This document shows positions 1 to 12,665 of a stretch of DNA of 64,000 nucleotides, one piece after another. The DNA is from Vicugna vicugna. Taxonomy: Eukaryota. The position numbers and the translations under genes are program-made. The notes beneath the pieces were generated by a model. It saw only the letters and a list, made by a program, of their open reading frames with translations, searched no databases and was not told where the DNA came from. The DNA is taken from positions 4,139,239 through 4,203,238 of the forward strand of contig MU058384.1 in the NCBI GenBank assembly GCA_013265495.1, written 5' to 3'. The first letter of the stretch is position 1; every line of letters starts with the position of its first letter.

Positions 1-1857
1 CATAAATGTGCCTTTTTAAACTTATTTGTGTTTTGTAGCAGTTCAAATTCATGTTCTTTCCATACTACATTAGAAAGTCTTAACTCTTTTTTGAAAAAGT
101 TCAGTAGTTTCTTGGTCACTACAAATGAAACACACGTAAATTTGGAATAGGTATTTTGTCCCTCTGCCCAAGTACTAATGTGGTGTGGAAATTTACATGT
201 TCCCCTAGAAATGGAGCTTACGTTCCATTTGGATGGACTCAGCACCCACCCGTTTTGCAGGCTCTCCCCTTTCGGAAAAGCCCAGTTTGCTCAGCTTTCA
301 TGTTGCTGTGGTAGAAAGCTGGCGCCTGGCTCACCTCCGTTTCCGACCCCTTTCTCTCAGCACCTTCCAGTTAGGAGTGTCTGCAGTGTCCAGAATCACA
401 GAGATGTGAACTCTGACATCACTGAGCTGTTGAACTAATACCAGCACGAGCCATCTCCAGACTTCTTGTTACATGAGAAAGATAAAAAACCAAATGTGCT
501 TTGTGGGTTTTCTGTTACTTGCAGCGAAAGCATTCATAATGGTACAGCAAGTGCACCAGTGTGGCTTTCTTACCTACCTGGTGTTCCTTCTGTGTAGTTT
601 TCTGGTACTTCTTACCCTGGTATCAATAGTTTATTTGTTCCTGCAGCTGTTTTTGCCCCTCCTAGACGTTTCCCTCACCTGCCTTTTCTCCTCTCTTGTC
701 CTTTTAATTAGAGTTCTTGTCCTCTGAAATAACTGCTTCTTATCCCCCAAGGGTAGTCTTGCGTTTTCAGTTATGGTTTCCTTATTTAGAAATGTTTAAT
801 GAACAACCCTTCCCCAGTAACCAGTGGAAATCTTTGGAAGACACCATTTTCTGTCAAGTGAGGTCTTCTTAAGAAACCTTAAGTTGGTTTTTGTGGGGCT
901 TTTCTGTTTTACTTCAGAATGAATTTCCTGCTTGCCCAAAGGACACGTCAGGATGCATCAGGATTGAGTTGACCTTGGGCTCACCTCGAAGTCTGACTTC
1001 TGATGTCCTTGGAGACATGAGACCATGCCCTGAAATTCCCCTTCCAGAGGCTTTCTGAATGGCTTACACTTGGCTCCTGGTGACTTATGTTCACCGCAGA
1101 ATTTGTGAATCTGAAACTAAATTATCTAATACCTAAGTGTTATTTATAATATACTTTAAACTTGTCTAAATACACTGAATGCTGAAAGTTCCTCTTCTTG
1201 CAAGTGATACAAGTGCCATCTTCTTTTCCTGACTCTCAAACCTTAGTCCTCCCATTTGCACTAGAAGAGCCCCTCAACTCTTCCCTCTTCCTTGCATGCC
1301 TTAGACTAAGTTGTATTCCCTTTCTTGGTTGGCTGTTAGTTAATCCCATAAATGAATCAAGGCATTTGAGAAAGCATTCTAATACTATTTTATATTTGGG
1401 GGGAAATACTGGGTTTTTAATATAGACTGCAGGAAATTAATACTATTCAAAATCTTAACTATTGAGACATGCTGACGATGACAGTGAATGTCAAGGCAGG
1501 GAGGGGAGGTGGGACTTCCTAGGAGTGTGCAGCAGCATCCAGAGCGGTCCCCGAACTGAAGAGAGTGGCAGGGGACTGCTATGGGGAGGGATGTCAAATG
1601 ACCTTGCTTTTACAATGAGAATGCGTTAGTGCTTTAATTATGGAGTTTAAATAAAAGCCATTTGCATGGAGGATGATTTAGATGATAGCAATGGGAAAAG
1701 AGGATTGTAAATGTGCTTTGCCAGATATTAAGCACAGACTCTCCTTAGACTGGAGAGGTTAAGTATGCAGTTGGATTTGCTGTAAATTGAAAAACAAAAC
1801 AAAACCAAAAAGAGTCAGTGGGAATGAAGTGTGAGATTTTTACATCAAAAAAGGGCT

Positions 1858-2180
1858 ACTGCAGATTGGATTTTCTGGGAGGCAGACTCTGAAATTGAGA
1901 CTAATGCGAGGAAGTCTGTCTGGGTGCGTTCTCAGGATCACACCCCTGCAAGGGAAGGAAGTGGGACGGGGTGAGGGAGAAGTTGGGCTGCGATGGACCT
2001 CAGCGCACACAGAGGGGGCTCTGAAGCTGCGAGGGCCCTTCAGGGTAGTCTGCATCTCTGAGAGTGCTGAGGTCGTTATATTTTCACTGTGACCGTACAT
2101 TGAGGCGTGGCCATGACCTTGAGCAAGGAAGGCATTCTTCAGCCAAGGGCATTTTCACAGAGGTTTGTCATAGAGGTGCA
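1858..2180 (-). mobile_element. ERVL LTR fragment, LTR16-like
   Basis: gggaggcagactctga...gagggagaagttgggctgcgatg...gggcccttcag resembles the reverse complement of the recalled LTR16 consensus. Confidence 0.7.
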
Positions 2181-2719
2181 TCACAGTCCATCAGAAGGCT
2201 AGTCATCCACAGAAGACATGGGTTCCAAAAATGATGCAGAGCCCAGCCTGCCTTCCACTGCAGGTAGCTTGGGTGGTATCAACTGTCCAGAATCCCCAGT
2301 ACCCAATCCCTTCTACCTTCTACCAGACTTCTTATTTATACTTATTTTTTTTTTTGAAAATGTTTGCATTTAAAAAATGGAAGGTGAGAGGAGTGAGAAT
2401 GCCTTTCAGTCTCCAAATGTATCCCCCTTCAGTTCCCCCGAGTTACTGTTGTGGGTAACCTATGGTTGGTCATTCAAATATGTACACTATTAACATTCTA
2501 TGACTTAACTTGCTCGGGTGAAAAGAGACATAATCATAGCTCAACTTGGTTGCCATTTCAGTTTATGTAATCTATGCCAATTATTCTTACCAAGAAGATG
2601 TGGTCTTGGGCTGGACACCATGGGAAAGTGATCTGTGGGTCCCTGAGAACGTCTGTTACGCTGTACTTGGGAGTGGGCTGTCATTCACCTTTTAGGTGAG
2701 AGCAAATAGCTCTCATTTT

Positions 2720-2935
2720 GGGTGGTACTGATGTATCAGCTCCTGTTCTCAGTGCTTTCCATGTATCGACTCAGTCCTTGTAACAAGACTAGGCACTGCT
2801 GTTATCCTCATTTCACAGATGAGCATCTTGGCGTGGAGTGCTAAAGGAACTCCTGCAGGTTTCCATAGCTGGTAAGTGGCCGAGCTGGGATTTGAGCACA
2901 GGCAGATGGTTTTCAAACACATATTTTTAACCTCT
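2720..2935 (-). mobile_element. MIR SINE
   Basis: Core ttatcctcatttcacagatgag...gctggtaagtggccgagctgggatttga. Confidence 0.8.
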
Positions 2936-4112
2936 GGGAAGCACGGCCCATCTTACAGATTTATTTACTTATTTGTTTAGACTTTGCCTTTTTCTTGAAA
3001 GTATTTAAGGCAGTTTGCGTGGATGAATAAAGCTTAGCAAAATAACAAGAAACTAAAAAGAAAAAACTTCAGACTGCAGTTTTGTATCTTTGCCACAAGA
3101 GGGAAGTATAGCATCAGAGAGCACCCAGGCTAATGTTAGAACCACTAACCAGTTATCACATTTGGATGTCAAATTTTTAGAAGTTATAGACAAGGTGAGG
3201 TTAGATTTAGTATAACTTGCAAAAGTAGCTTATTTTAAAGCATAATTGTGAATTACAAATGACCATGACCATTACAGGTCTGAGATTACTCACACCATCA
3301 AGCTAGTTCCACTCTTCCCAACAAAAAATATTCTGTAGAATTCAAGGATAAAGGCATGAGGTACTATTGCTTAATTGCTAAAGATTGCAGTGAAGATTTT
3401 TATAAGTTCTTCAGTATGAGTACTGCTGATTATTTCACTACTAGAGAAAAGCACAAATGGCTTATTATGAATAATAGGATTATGGTTTTTGCTTTTATTC
3501 CAGTTAACATTGGAACGTTAAAGTGGTGGACTTTTTTATTAGGTATACCATAACTTACACTTGCAAATATGTTTACAATTTTAATTGTTTAAAAGATCAC
3601 TTTCCCTTCATTCTTCCCACCCCCTTTTGTGTTGGCCCAGCATCTTCCTGCAGTTGAGATAAACTGTTTCAAAGCTAATCCAAAGAGGGTATCAGTGATT
3701 TCAGATCCAGCTGCTGGGGCATGGAATTATGGTATAACACCGGATCGTCACTTGAGTGGGATGGCACTCTGTCCCACATGGTTTCAGCCTTTGACTAGGT
3801 CTCTCTGGAACCACTGCCTTGGGCACCTGGTTAACAACCCTGACCACATGTGGACTATGGTGAGCCGGTCTCGGCCAGGCTGACCCAGGTTTCCTCCCGT
3901 TTTTTGCTGGCTCTGTGTCCCACTATGTATCACGGAAGTGCTTGCCCAAGAATTGTCTCAGTCTTTGGAAAACTGCTTTAGCAAGAGTGTCCATTTCTCC
4001 TCTGAGGACGAAAGTGATTTATGGACATAGACAAATGCCAAATCCGCTGAATGATATCACGATTGGTCACAAATGATGTTCGACTTTCAAGTAATTCTAG
4101 TGATTTTTCTTG

Positions 4113-4255
4113 CAAGGATTGTAATCTGGCTCTGAAGGCATTTCCTGAAGACTGGTTCCAAAAATATTTTTGAGCAATGGCTACGTTGGATGCTTTACCT
4201 GGGATGACTTTTGGAAGCACAATACTCATTTTAAATATAGAATTTCTGATAGGAG
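4113..4255 (+). mobile_element. Mariner transposase fossil, 3' end (MARNA-like)
   Basis: ggctctgaaggca...ttccaaaaatatttttgagcaatggc...gatgacttttggaag...actcattt reads as a decayed LKA..E..FQK.FEQW...GDYFE mariner C-terminus. Confidence 0.6.
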
Positions 4256-5682
4256 TGTCAGTACATCAGTCATAGGATTTTAAAATCATCTGTATGTTCT
4301 ATGATTGATGTTGCCTGGATAGGTGTTTGGATCCAAGATTTAAAATGTTAGTTTTAACAGATGATAGAGTAAAATTTTGGATGAAGATAAAATATTCTTG
4401 TCTACTTAGATCAAAAGCAGGTTAGTTTTGACAAAAGCTACTGAAGTATTACATCATACATGCATCTATTTTCCTATATTTCTTTAAGATTGGCATGGGA
4501 CTTTTATACGTATCTGTTATTTTTCTACTCGAACTGAATATTCTGACCAAATTTAGTCATTAAAAAAAGTAGATGAGGTAAAATACCACAGATGTTGATG
4601 TATTTTCCTTTAATGATATCTGCCCCTGTGGCCAGGAATCCCTAACCTCATCAATTGTTGACATTGGTGCTAATCAGGTGGATGTGAAAAGAACATTATT
4701 TTGTTGATTTCTATGAATCTTTGAGCTTTTCACCTTCGTACATGCTGTGTTGAGCATTAGTTTCATAGTTTTTAGGACATGCTTTCTTCTGTAAGAATTC
4801 CAGCTTTAGCCTTTTTCAAACTGATTTCAGACTCAGAATTCAGAGTTTTCAGATTTCAGAGTTTTAGGAAAGCATATTAAAATGGGCTCCTGTGCATTCT
4901 AAAGAGAATAGTTGCTCACCTCATTTTCCTCTGTCCCGATGTCACAGGGAAAGTTGTGATGAGTGAAAGAGCACACACTGGGCACTGGGACACTGGAGAG
5001 CTCGTCACTGCAATGACTCAAATGTATTAAACAATATTAGCCAAGTTTTTTTTAACACCATTTGGCCTCAATTTGGCTTCTCTGTAACTGAAGACTTTGG
5101 AAAAACTCTGTGACTAAAACAAAAATGTGTATTTTAAAGGTTATATCATTTCCTTATTATCCTTTATTATAGCAGAACAAATATGTTGACCCTTTTCTGT
5201 TCACTAGACAAGTCCCAAGATGACACTTTGTTCTTGTATTTATTCTATTTAAAAGCCTGAAATATTTTTTCTTCTCCAGTTAATACATAGAACTTCAATG
5301 ATCCCTTAAGGACAATGAACCATGAAACATTTCTATTTCCTAGTTATGCCTATAAGATCATAAGCAAACTGGTTTGTTCTTTTGGTGGGAAGTAAAGAGG
5401 TGACATGAATTTCTGTATTTTCAGTTTAATGAATTCTTTGATGGGAACTATCACCATACACATACAAGTGTGTGTGCAGATGTAAACGGCATATAGGTAA
5501 GGAATTGCTTCATTCACAGGTGTGTCCCTGGCATTTAGAAAAGGGTCTGATCCTCAAATGCCTAACATCTTCAGGTACCATATTATTGAAAGTTTAGCTA
5601 AAATATTTATCATTTAAGATATGTCTGGTTGGTACAGGACCCAGCCAATCTATTTCCAGGACACTTAGTCAATATATATTTC

Positions 5683-6152
5683 TTTTTATTTTTTTAATTC
5701 TTATTTGTTGTTGAAGTGTAGTTGATTTACAATGCTAGTTTCAGGTGTACAGCAAATTGATCCAGTTATACATATACATATATATATATGTGTGTGTGTA
5801 AAATATTTTCAGGTTCTTTTCCACTACAGCTCATTATAAGAACGTGAATATAGTTCCCTGTGCTTTACAGTAGGTCCTTGTTGTTTGTCTATTTTATATA
5901 TAGTACTTTGTACCTATTAATCCTAAACTCCTAATCTATCCCTCCCTACCCCCTTTTTCCCCTGGTAACCACAGTTTGTTTTCTGTGTCTGTGAGTCTAT
6001 TTCTGGTTTGTAAATAAAATTTGTATTTTTTTTCCTAGATTCCACATATAAGTGACATCATATGATATTTGTCTTTCTCTGTCTGACTTACTTCACTTAA
6101 TATGATAATCTCTAGGTCATCTATGTTGTTGCAAATGGTATTATTTCATTCA
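5683..6152 (-). mobile_element. 5'-truncated L1 3' end, cetartiodactyl type
   Basis: T-rich tail, ttgaagtgtagttgatttacaat...tagttccctgtgc...gattccacatataagtga; degenerate TSD ttagtcaatatatatttc (5665-5682) / ttagccaagatatttc (6153-6168). Confidence 0.92.
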
Positions 6153-6559
6153 TTAGCCAAGATATTTCGAAGATCAAAAATCATTCTAGCTTTGACCACA
6201 TAACATTTTCCAGAGGTCTCCTGTTCTTTGTAGATATTTGTGGTTTACTTTTTGGAAATATATAATAGTTTGCTGCATGTAATTCTTTTCTCTTTGACCC
6301 AGAGGAATGTTAAGGATGCTAAATTTAAATAAAAATATTAAGATGTTTTCTGAAAAAATTAAAGGGAAATTTATTCGTATAACCATAAAAATTCCAACTA
6401 TAAAGGAACAAAGCTCAATATACACCTGGAATGAAACGAATATCCCTAATCAATCAGGTACCTCCTCTCAAAAGAAATAAATAAGCAAACAATAAAATGT
6501 ATGTAAGTTTAGGTTACAATAGTGGAAGTAATATTGGCTCATAAGAAGAATGTCCATCC

Positions 6560-6850
6560 ACAGAAGTTCGACCAGGATGGTGAGGGAATCAGGGCATCCT
6601 ATTTTATGAGTACATGCAGTTTGATGTATTTATTTGGACGAGGAGATTGATGGAGAGCATGGTAGTTCTCTTCCTGTAGAGAGGGACTGATCTTATGAGT
6701 TGCTCCAGATGGAAGCACCAAGCTCATGGGTGGAAGTTAAAGGAAAACAGATGGAGGCTCTGAGTCAGGGCGAGACTTCTAACCCTGAGAGTTGTTCTAA
6801 CTGAAGTTGCACACACTGTGAAGCCACAAGCTCCCTGTCAGAGCCTCCCT
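6560..6850 (+). mobile_element. L3/CR1 LINE fossil
   Basis: gaccaggatggtgaggg...gctccaga...atgggtggaagtta...cagat...ttctaac...gctccctgtca follows the recalled L3 3' consensus in order. Confidence 0.7.
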
Positions 6851-8304
6851 TACAGACTGCAACCCGATGGCTTTGTGGTGTGATTTGAACACTAAGTTGC
6901 ATTTCATTTAGAATATCCATTTCCAATTGACTAATGCATTTATTTATAGTAATAATACTCATGCTAGTGACACAGCTAGTGACACATATGACAAACGCAC
7001 ATACATTCAATATAATAAAAAAGAAAGGTGAAATTAAAATACTTTTACTTAGAAGATTCAGTTAAAGAACAAGAGAAGATATTCCGATTACGCTGTGTGG
7101 AATTATCAGGGCGCTGTCACCGACTTTCATTAAAGGCAGTCTGTAGCTTGTACCACGGCTGCACTTTGAAACGTGACTTCAAGAAAGTGACACTACCCTC
7201 CTCTTCAGACAGTCTTCCTTTCAAAGGTCTATTAATTTTATTTTTTACTCCTTGAGGAAACTTATAATAAGAGAAGTGTCAAATCAGCCCATTTTCCTTT
7301 AAGCTATTTATAAATACATATGAAAATAAAATAAAGATGAGAAGGCACTATATAGTTTTAAGTTTATTAATAACACGTAAATTGCTAAGGCTTTAAAATT
7401 ATATGATAACTCAAAATTGTGTCTTTTAGTCGTTATATTACTTGGGGGAAATTTTCTGAAACCGCATAAGCCTTGTTCACTTGGGATAATATGTTATTGA
7501 GGGCTTCACAATTACAAAGGGACTTTCCATGTCTGTTATCTTAGTTATGCTCAGAATAACTTTCGAAGGGGAAATATTGTTACCAGTCCCATTTTACTGA
7601 TGGTGATTCTGAGGCTTGAAGGCTTGAGTAATGTGGGAAGTCATTTGTTCAAGCAGGAGGCTGGGGGCTGGATTGTTGACTGTAAATCCCATGTTCTGTG
7701 GGCTGAACAGAATACCTGAGGTTAAAGGATAAAACAGTATCATTTCTAAAATATTATCCACCTACTTAGATGTCAACTGTAATCATACCATGTGATCTTT
7801 AGGGACATCAGCCTCAAGACTGTCTAATCATACAGCCTGTTGAACAGATTTAATAGGGAAATCCCTTTCCAAGACGGAACCTTGTTTTCTCTGTGAACAT
7901 CAGTTATCCATTGGAGATGCATTCCCAGGGTTAGATGTTTTCAGAAACATAGAGAAAAATCAGTTATTTCTGCTTTTAAGCTGTTCCTTCTCCATCCTGC
8001 TCCCCAACATTCCCTACACATCCCCACCCCGGCCCCCAGCTCAGACTCCCTTCTGAACAAGGCCGAACACGACAGCAGAAAGAACCAAAACCCCTGAGGA
8101 TCTGAGGAAGATGGAGGATTCATTACTAAACCCTCTAATGAATGTCTTTCACAATCGCATCGCACTGCACATACAATATTTTACTCTTTTATTATAACAT
8201 TTTTCCTTTTCTCTACCTGGCTTCTACTTCCCCAAGTTTTAATGATGGCACAATATTTCACTGAAGATGTATCCTCTCATGTACTTATGAATTCCTCCAA
8301 TTGT

Positions 8305-8933
8305 TGTGATGCAGGAAAACAGATTTGGGGCATGAGGAGGGCCATGTCCCAAGTCTCGGTTGAGCCCCTGGGATGTGCCCCGCCAAGTTGGGTCCTTGGC
8401 TTTGCACAGGAAAGAATTCAAGAGCGAGCCACAGTTGAGTAAAGGTAGATTTATTCAGAGAGACACATTGAAAGGCAAGAGAAAGTCCACGAGGTGTGGA
8501 GGTTGGGTGCTCAGATTAAAAGTAGGTACACACTCCATAGACAGAGTGTGGGCTGCCTCTGAAGAGGGAGAGAGAGGGCTGGCCACGAGGCACCGTGTTG
8601 CTAGTTTTTATGGGCTTGGTGGCTTCATATGCTAATAAGTGGAAGGACCAGTCTAAGTAGCCTGAGGAAGGGGCTGGGATTCCCAGGAAGTTGGCCATTT
8701 CCCACTCTTTGACCTTTTGTGGCTAGCCTTGGGGCTGCCATGGTACCTGTGGGTGTATTATTCACCATGTTAATATATTACAATGAGCACATAATGAAGC
8801 TCAAGCTAGAAGTTAAATCTCCCATCATCTTGAGCCTCAAGGCCTACTGGGGGTTGAATCTTTCACCATTTTGATGTTAATTGCTGTAGCATTCCTTGAA
8901 TGGCTGTGCCCTGCCCCCTTCCATCCTGTCTCT
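8305..8933 (-). mobile_element. ERV1-like solo LTR (~630 bp) inserted in an old L1 fragment
   Basis: Plus strand starts tgtgatgcagg and ends cctgtctct; minus-strand AATAAA at 8450-8455 and a TATA-like CATAAAAA near 8605. The flanks rejoin as L1-like ccaattgttggacacttaggttgttt. Confidence 0.85.
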
Positions 8934-9569
8934 GTTGGACACTTAGGTTGTTTTTTCTGATCTTTTGTATCCGATTGATCAGTACTATTTTATTTTCATT
9001 GGTTTATTTATTTAAACTTTAAAAATTTTTAGTTTGGATTTTTTTAAAGGTATGTTTGGTTCATACATATATGTAAAAATGTAATCATGACCAAAAGACT
9101 TACAAGTAAACAGCACATCCCCCAGCCCACAGCTCTCCAGGTCCCCTCTTCAGAGGCAACTAAGGCCATCAGGTCCTGTGTGTCCTTCCAGAGACCATCT
9201 AGGCATACTCTATGCATGGGTGTGTGTGGCCCTCTTTCTACTTTACTGCTGCAGGGCTAGAGTGCTGCTGCATACAGTGTGTGGTTTGTGCAAGGACCTA
9301 CCCTGAGGCTGCTTCCAGCCAGGGAAAAGGGTGTGGTTTTCTCCCACCAAGCACGATGCTACCCACTTGATAAGCCATGTGCTTGCAGGGGGCACAGAGA
9401 CAGAGCAGAGGAGTCAGCTTTAGAGACGAGAGCCCTGGGTGGCTAACGTGTAATGCATTTAACTAGTTATCTCTTGATGAAAATTTGAGTTATTTCCTGT
9501 ACAAACTACAACTTTGCACCCATAAACGTTTACCTGCACCTTTGTGGATTAAATTCCTAGAAGTGCCAT

Positions 9570-10020
9570 TGTTACAGAAACAACAGGCCAGTCAAGAAAC
9601 AAGCACCACTCGGAGGGTTGGAGTACTCAGATGTATTACACCGGCGGGCTCAGAGGGGCTTCTGCTCCGAAGCTCTGAGCACCTTCAAGATGTGCACATG
9701 AGGTTTTATAGGGTAAAGTACAAGCTTGGGGTATTCGGCCAATAGGCATGGAACAGCTTTAGCAGCATTATCATCACAAAAGTGGAGGTGGGGAGGCAGC
9801 AAACCAACATTCCAAAGCCAGATATGTATCTGAAAATCCAGCTGGCTAGCAAAAAAACATAAACAGCAAACCAACACTAATTAACTTAGATTTACAAGTT
9901 AGTCCAGCAGAACTCAGATCAGTATTCCAATACTTAGTCTTGTTAGCCCAGCCCAGCCTCTCCTTCACATTCCTAGACCTGTGAGTTATCTTGTTAGACC
10001 AGCCCAGCTTTTCCTTCACA
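9570..10020 (-). mobile_element. ERV1-like solo LTR (451 bp) with perfect 4-bp TSD CCAT
   Basis: TG...CA termini; ccat at 9566-9569 and 10021-10024; minus-strand CTATAAAA at 9704-9711 and AATACA at 9632-9637. Confidence 0.9.
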
Positions 10021-10169
10021 CCATCACTGGCAAAAAGGGCATGTGTCACGGTACTCAGTTCACACTGAGGAAGTTAATGACCAGAGCTGACTGGTGATGT
10101 AGACTTGCTTGCTTTGCAGACTTCAAGCAAGGGGACTCTTCAGGGAGTGTCTAAAGGGGTCCAACCCTG

Positions 10170-10365
10170 TCAGGCTCTGGAGCCAGCTGGCCTGATTCCA
10201 CTGCCCCCGACAATGATTTAACCCTTTGGTCCCCAGTTTTCTCACACTAGAAGAAACTGCAGGACTCACTTCATAGGGCTGTTGTGAGTTAACTCATACA
10301 AAGCTCTTAAAACCATAGTTTGATGAGTGCTGAATAAATGTTAGCTGCTATCATTATCATCATCC
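10170..10365 (+). mobile_element. MIR SINE
   Basis: ggctctggagccag...cagttttctc...tcatagggctgttgtgag...aataaatgttagct. Confidence 0.75.
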
Positions 10366-12158
10366 TATTCCTGAAATTCTGGGCAGGCTCTCTGAGAAAC
10401 CTAGTGAGGTCTGAGACATGTTCACATCTTAGGTCCTTTTGATTTAGGTAGCATCTCAGGTCACTGGATTTCAATTGGGGTTGACATTTGTGTTGAGTTT
10501 TCACTCTGCTTCCCTGTATAAATTGTCACTGGATTGGCTGCCAAACTTTGAGATGCTGATGGGCTTACGCTGTGTTTTCTCTGTCCGGGGTGGAGTTGTT
10601 CCCTGGCTCTCGGTAAGACCCCAGCAGTGCGGAGAGCTCCAGTTGTGTGTGTGCACGCGTGAGGCTGGGGCGTGGGGTGGTTGCAGTTGCTGTCTCGTCC
10701 TCTGGACGGTCCACAGCCAAGATCCAGTTGCAGGGACCTTGCCAGGGTACTGCCACAGGCAAACAAGTGGTGGGAAGGGAGGAGCAGGTGTCCCCACTAA
10801 CTGACTAATTGGCCTGGCTCTAGACCTCATTTTCCATGTTCTGAAAGGGTTTTGGCAGCAGTACCTACTCCCAAAGTTAGCTGAATGCCGCGTGTGTATA
10901 AAACAGTTTGCTGCCCCGGCCGAGGTTGAAAAAAATGTCTTTCCCTAAAGGCGATGACAACTTTCAGTGTTACAAAGGGAACAAAGGCATTATTTGCAAA
11001 TTAGCATATGAGTGCATGTACATATCATTCAAATAGCAGAAACAAGCCAAGGGAGTATGATCAGTCTTTTTCTCCACATGGAGACTGTGGGTATGTTAGT
11101 TGCCTTCTCATTGCGGTGTGGCTGGCCATACCCGCCCGGGGCCCTGGTCTTCTGTTTGTAGTTTTTGTTTATGTCATTTTTGCAAAATCAATGCGGGTGT
11201 TTGAAGCAGTCGGCTTTCCTAGAGGCTGTGTACTTGCTATAGATCGCCTGTGAGTGTTCCGTGAAGTCGAGAGGTTCACAGAGCCGCCTTTGGCCAAAGG
11301 GGTCTGTTTCAAAAGCTCTAAATCGCTCTCCCTGTCTGAGCTCATGTCTGGCCCTGAAGACAGATTGTGCCCTTTCTGTAGAGCTTTCTTTTCTTCCTTT
11401 TTCCTTTTTCTTTTAAGGAATGGGCTTCTGCCTCCTTGGTTTCTGCATGTCTCTGAGATGTGTATGGGACCGAAGCAGTATCATTACATTTCCCACCCAA
11501 TTAATTACACAAGTATTAACAAAGTTAATATGGTCTCATTTCTTTATATTGCCCCAGATTTTCTCAGTGACCTAAGGAGAGTCATTTCTGTGGTTCGCTT
11601 CTGATTTCACTAGTCTTTTTGTGAATGTGTTTATTTCCATTGTGAAATGTACCTAAAATGTAATTTTAGAAATGTGTTCTTGTTTTAAGAGCAAACCAGA
11701 TGTCCAAACCCTTTGGGTTTGTTGGTTTGCTGGCTGATTCTCTGGTAGATGTCAGAATGACCATTAATCTGGGGCAGGATTTTACATGAGAACATTTAAA
11801 AGAATAGTAATTTTCTTGGAAGTTTTAAAAATATTACAAAATCAGGGTTCCACATTAAGTGAGGCCTTTGGTCACTGTGTCCCTTTGCTATTGACAATAA
11901 AGGGTCATTTATAATAGTGATGATGATGATTTGTATTTATAAGCTCTTTGCTCTTTACCAAGTGTTCTCATGGACACAGTCTCATTTGTCCTACTAACAT
12001 GAAATATGAGGTAGAACCACAATAATTATATGTGATCCTTTATGACCAAAAAAAAGGCAATTTCAAAAGGCCAACACACTCAAGGCCATGCAGGCTAAGT
12101 GACAGAGCCCAGTCTGAACCCCAGGCCTTCTTTTGGAAGACAGAGCATCTGCTCTATT

Positions 12159-12271
12159 GAAGGCAACCAGTCATCTGGGTCTGTCTGAGACTGAGAGGTT
12201 CCCAGGATGCGGGACTTTCCATTTTAAAATGGGGACAGACCCTGGCCAAGCAAGAGGTGTTGGCCACCCTG
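12159..12271 (+). mobile_element. MER81-like MITE (hAT-Blackjack)
   Basis: gactgagaggttcccaggatgcgggactttc...gggacag...ttggccaccct matches the recalled MER81 layout. Confidence 0.75.
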
Positions 12272-12469
12272 CTGCTCCCTGTCACCCCAACAGAAGCCTG
12301 TGACCGAGGTTGCCAGTCTTCTTCCAGGGTTCTCCGCCCATCACACTGTCCTTACGAACCCCGTCTTCTCACAGGGGGCCCCTGCCAGGCCTGCCTCCCA
12401 TCCCCTCACCAGCTCTTATTTTCTATTTTTCTGGGGCAAGGCTTAAATCTGAGAGGCCCCTCGTTAGCG

Positions 12470-12665
12470 GAGAAAGAGAACTGAACGTAAAACCAGAAGT
12501 CTAGTCCCGGCTCCATATTTACTCTGTGTGGGACTTTGGGCAAGTCACTTATTCATGCCGAGTCCCAGTTTCCTTGATCCTAAACTGAGGATAAGAATTC
12601 CTACTCCATCTCCATGACAGGCCCTTCTGATACTCCACTGAAATTATGTATGTGAAAGCAAACAT
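12470..12665 (+). mobile_element. MIR SINE
   Basis: tgtgggactttgggcaagtcactt...cagtttcctt...tatgtgaaagca. Confidence 0.75.

Noticed and set aside
1..1800. Possible terminal exon of the neighbouring gene (MTFR2 by recalled synteny) and hydrophobic ORF 473-727
   Set aside because: No recognisable coding similarity; the ORF's hydrophobicity reflects T-rich sequence
4002..4013. CTGAGGA-C-GAAA resembling a hammerhead ribozyme core
   Set aside because: No stem II between the two boxes and no flanking helices found
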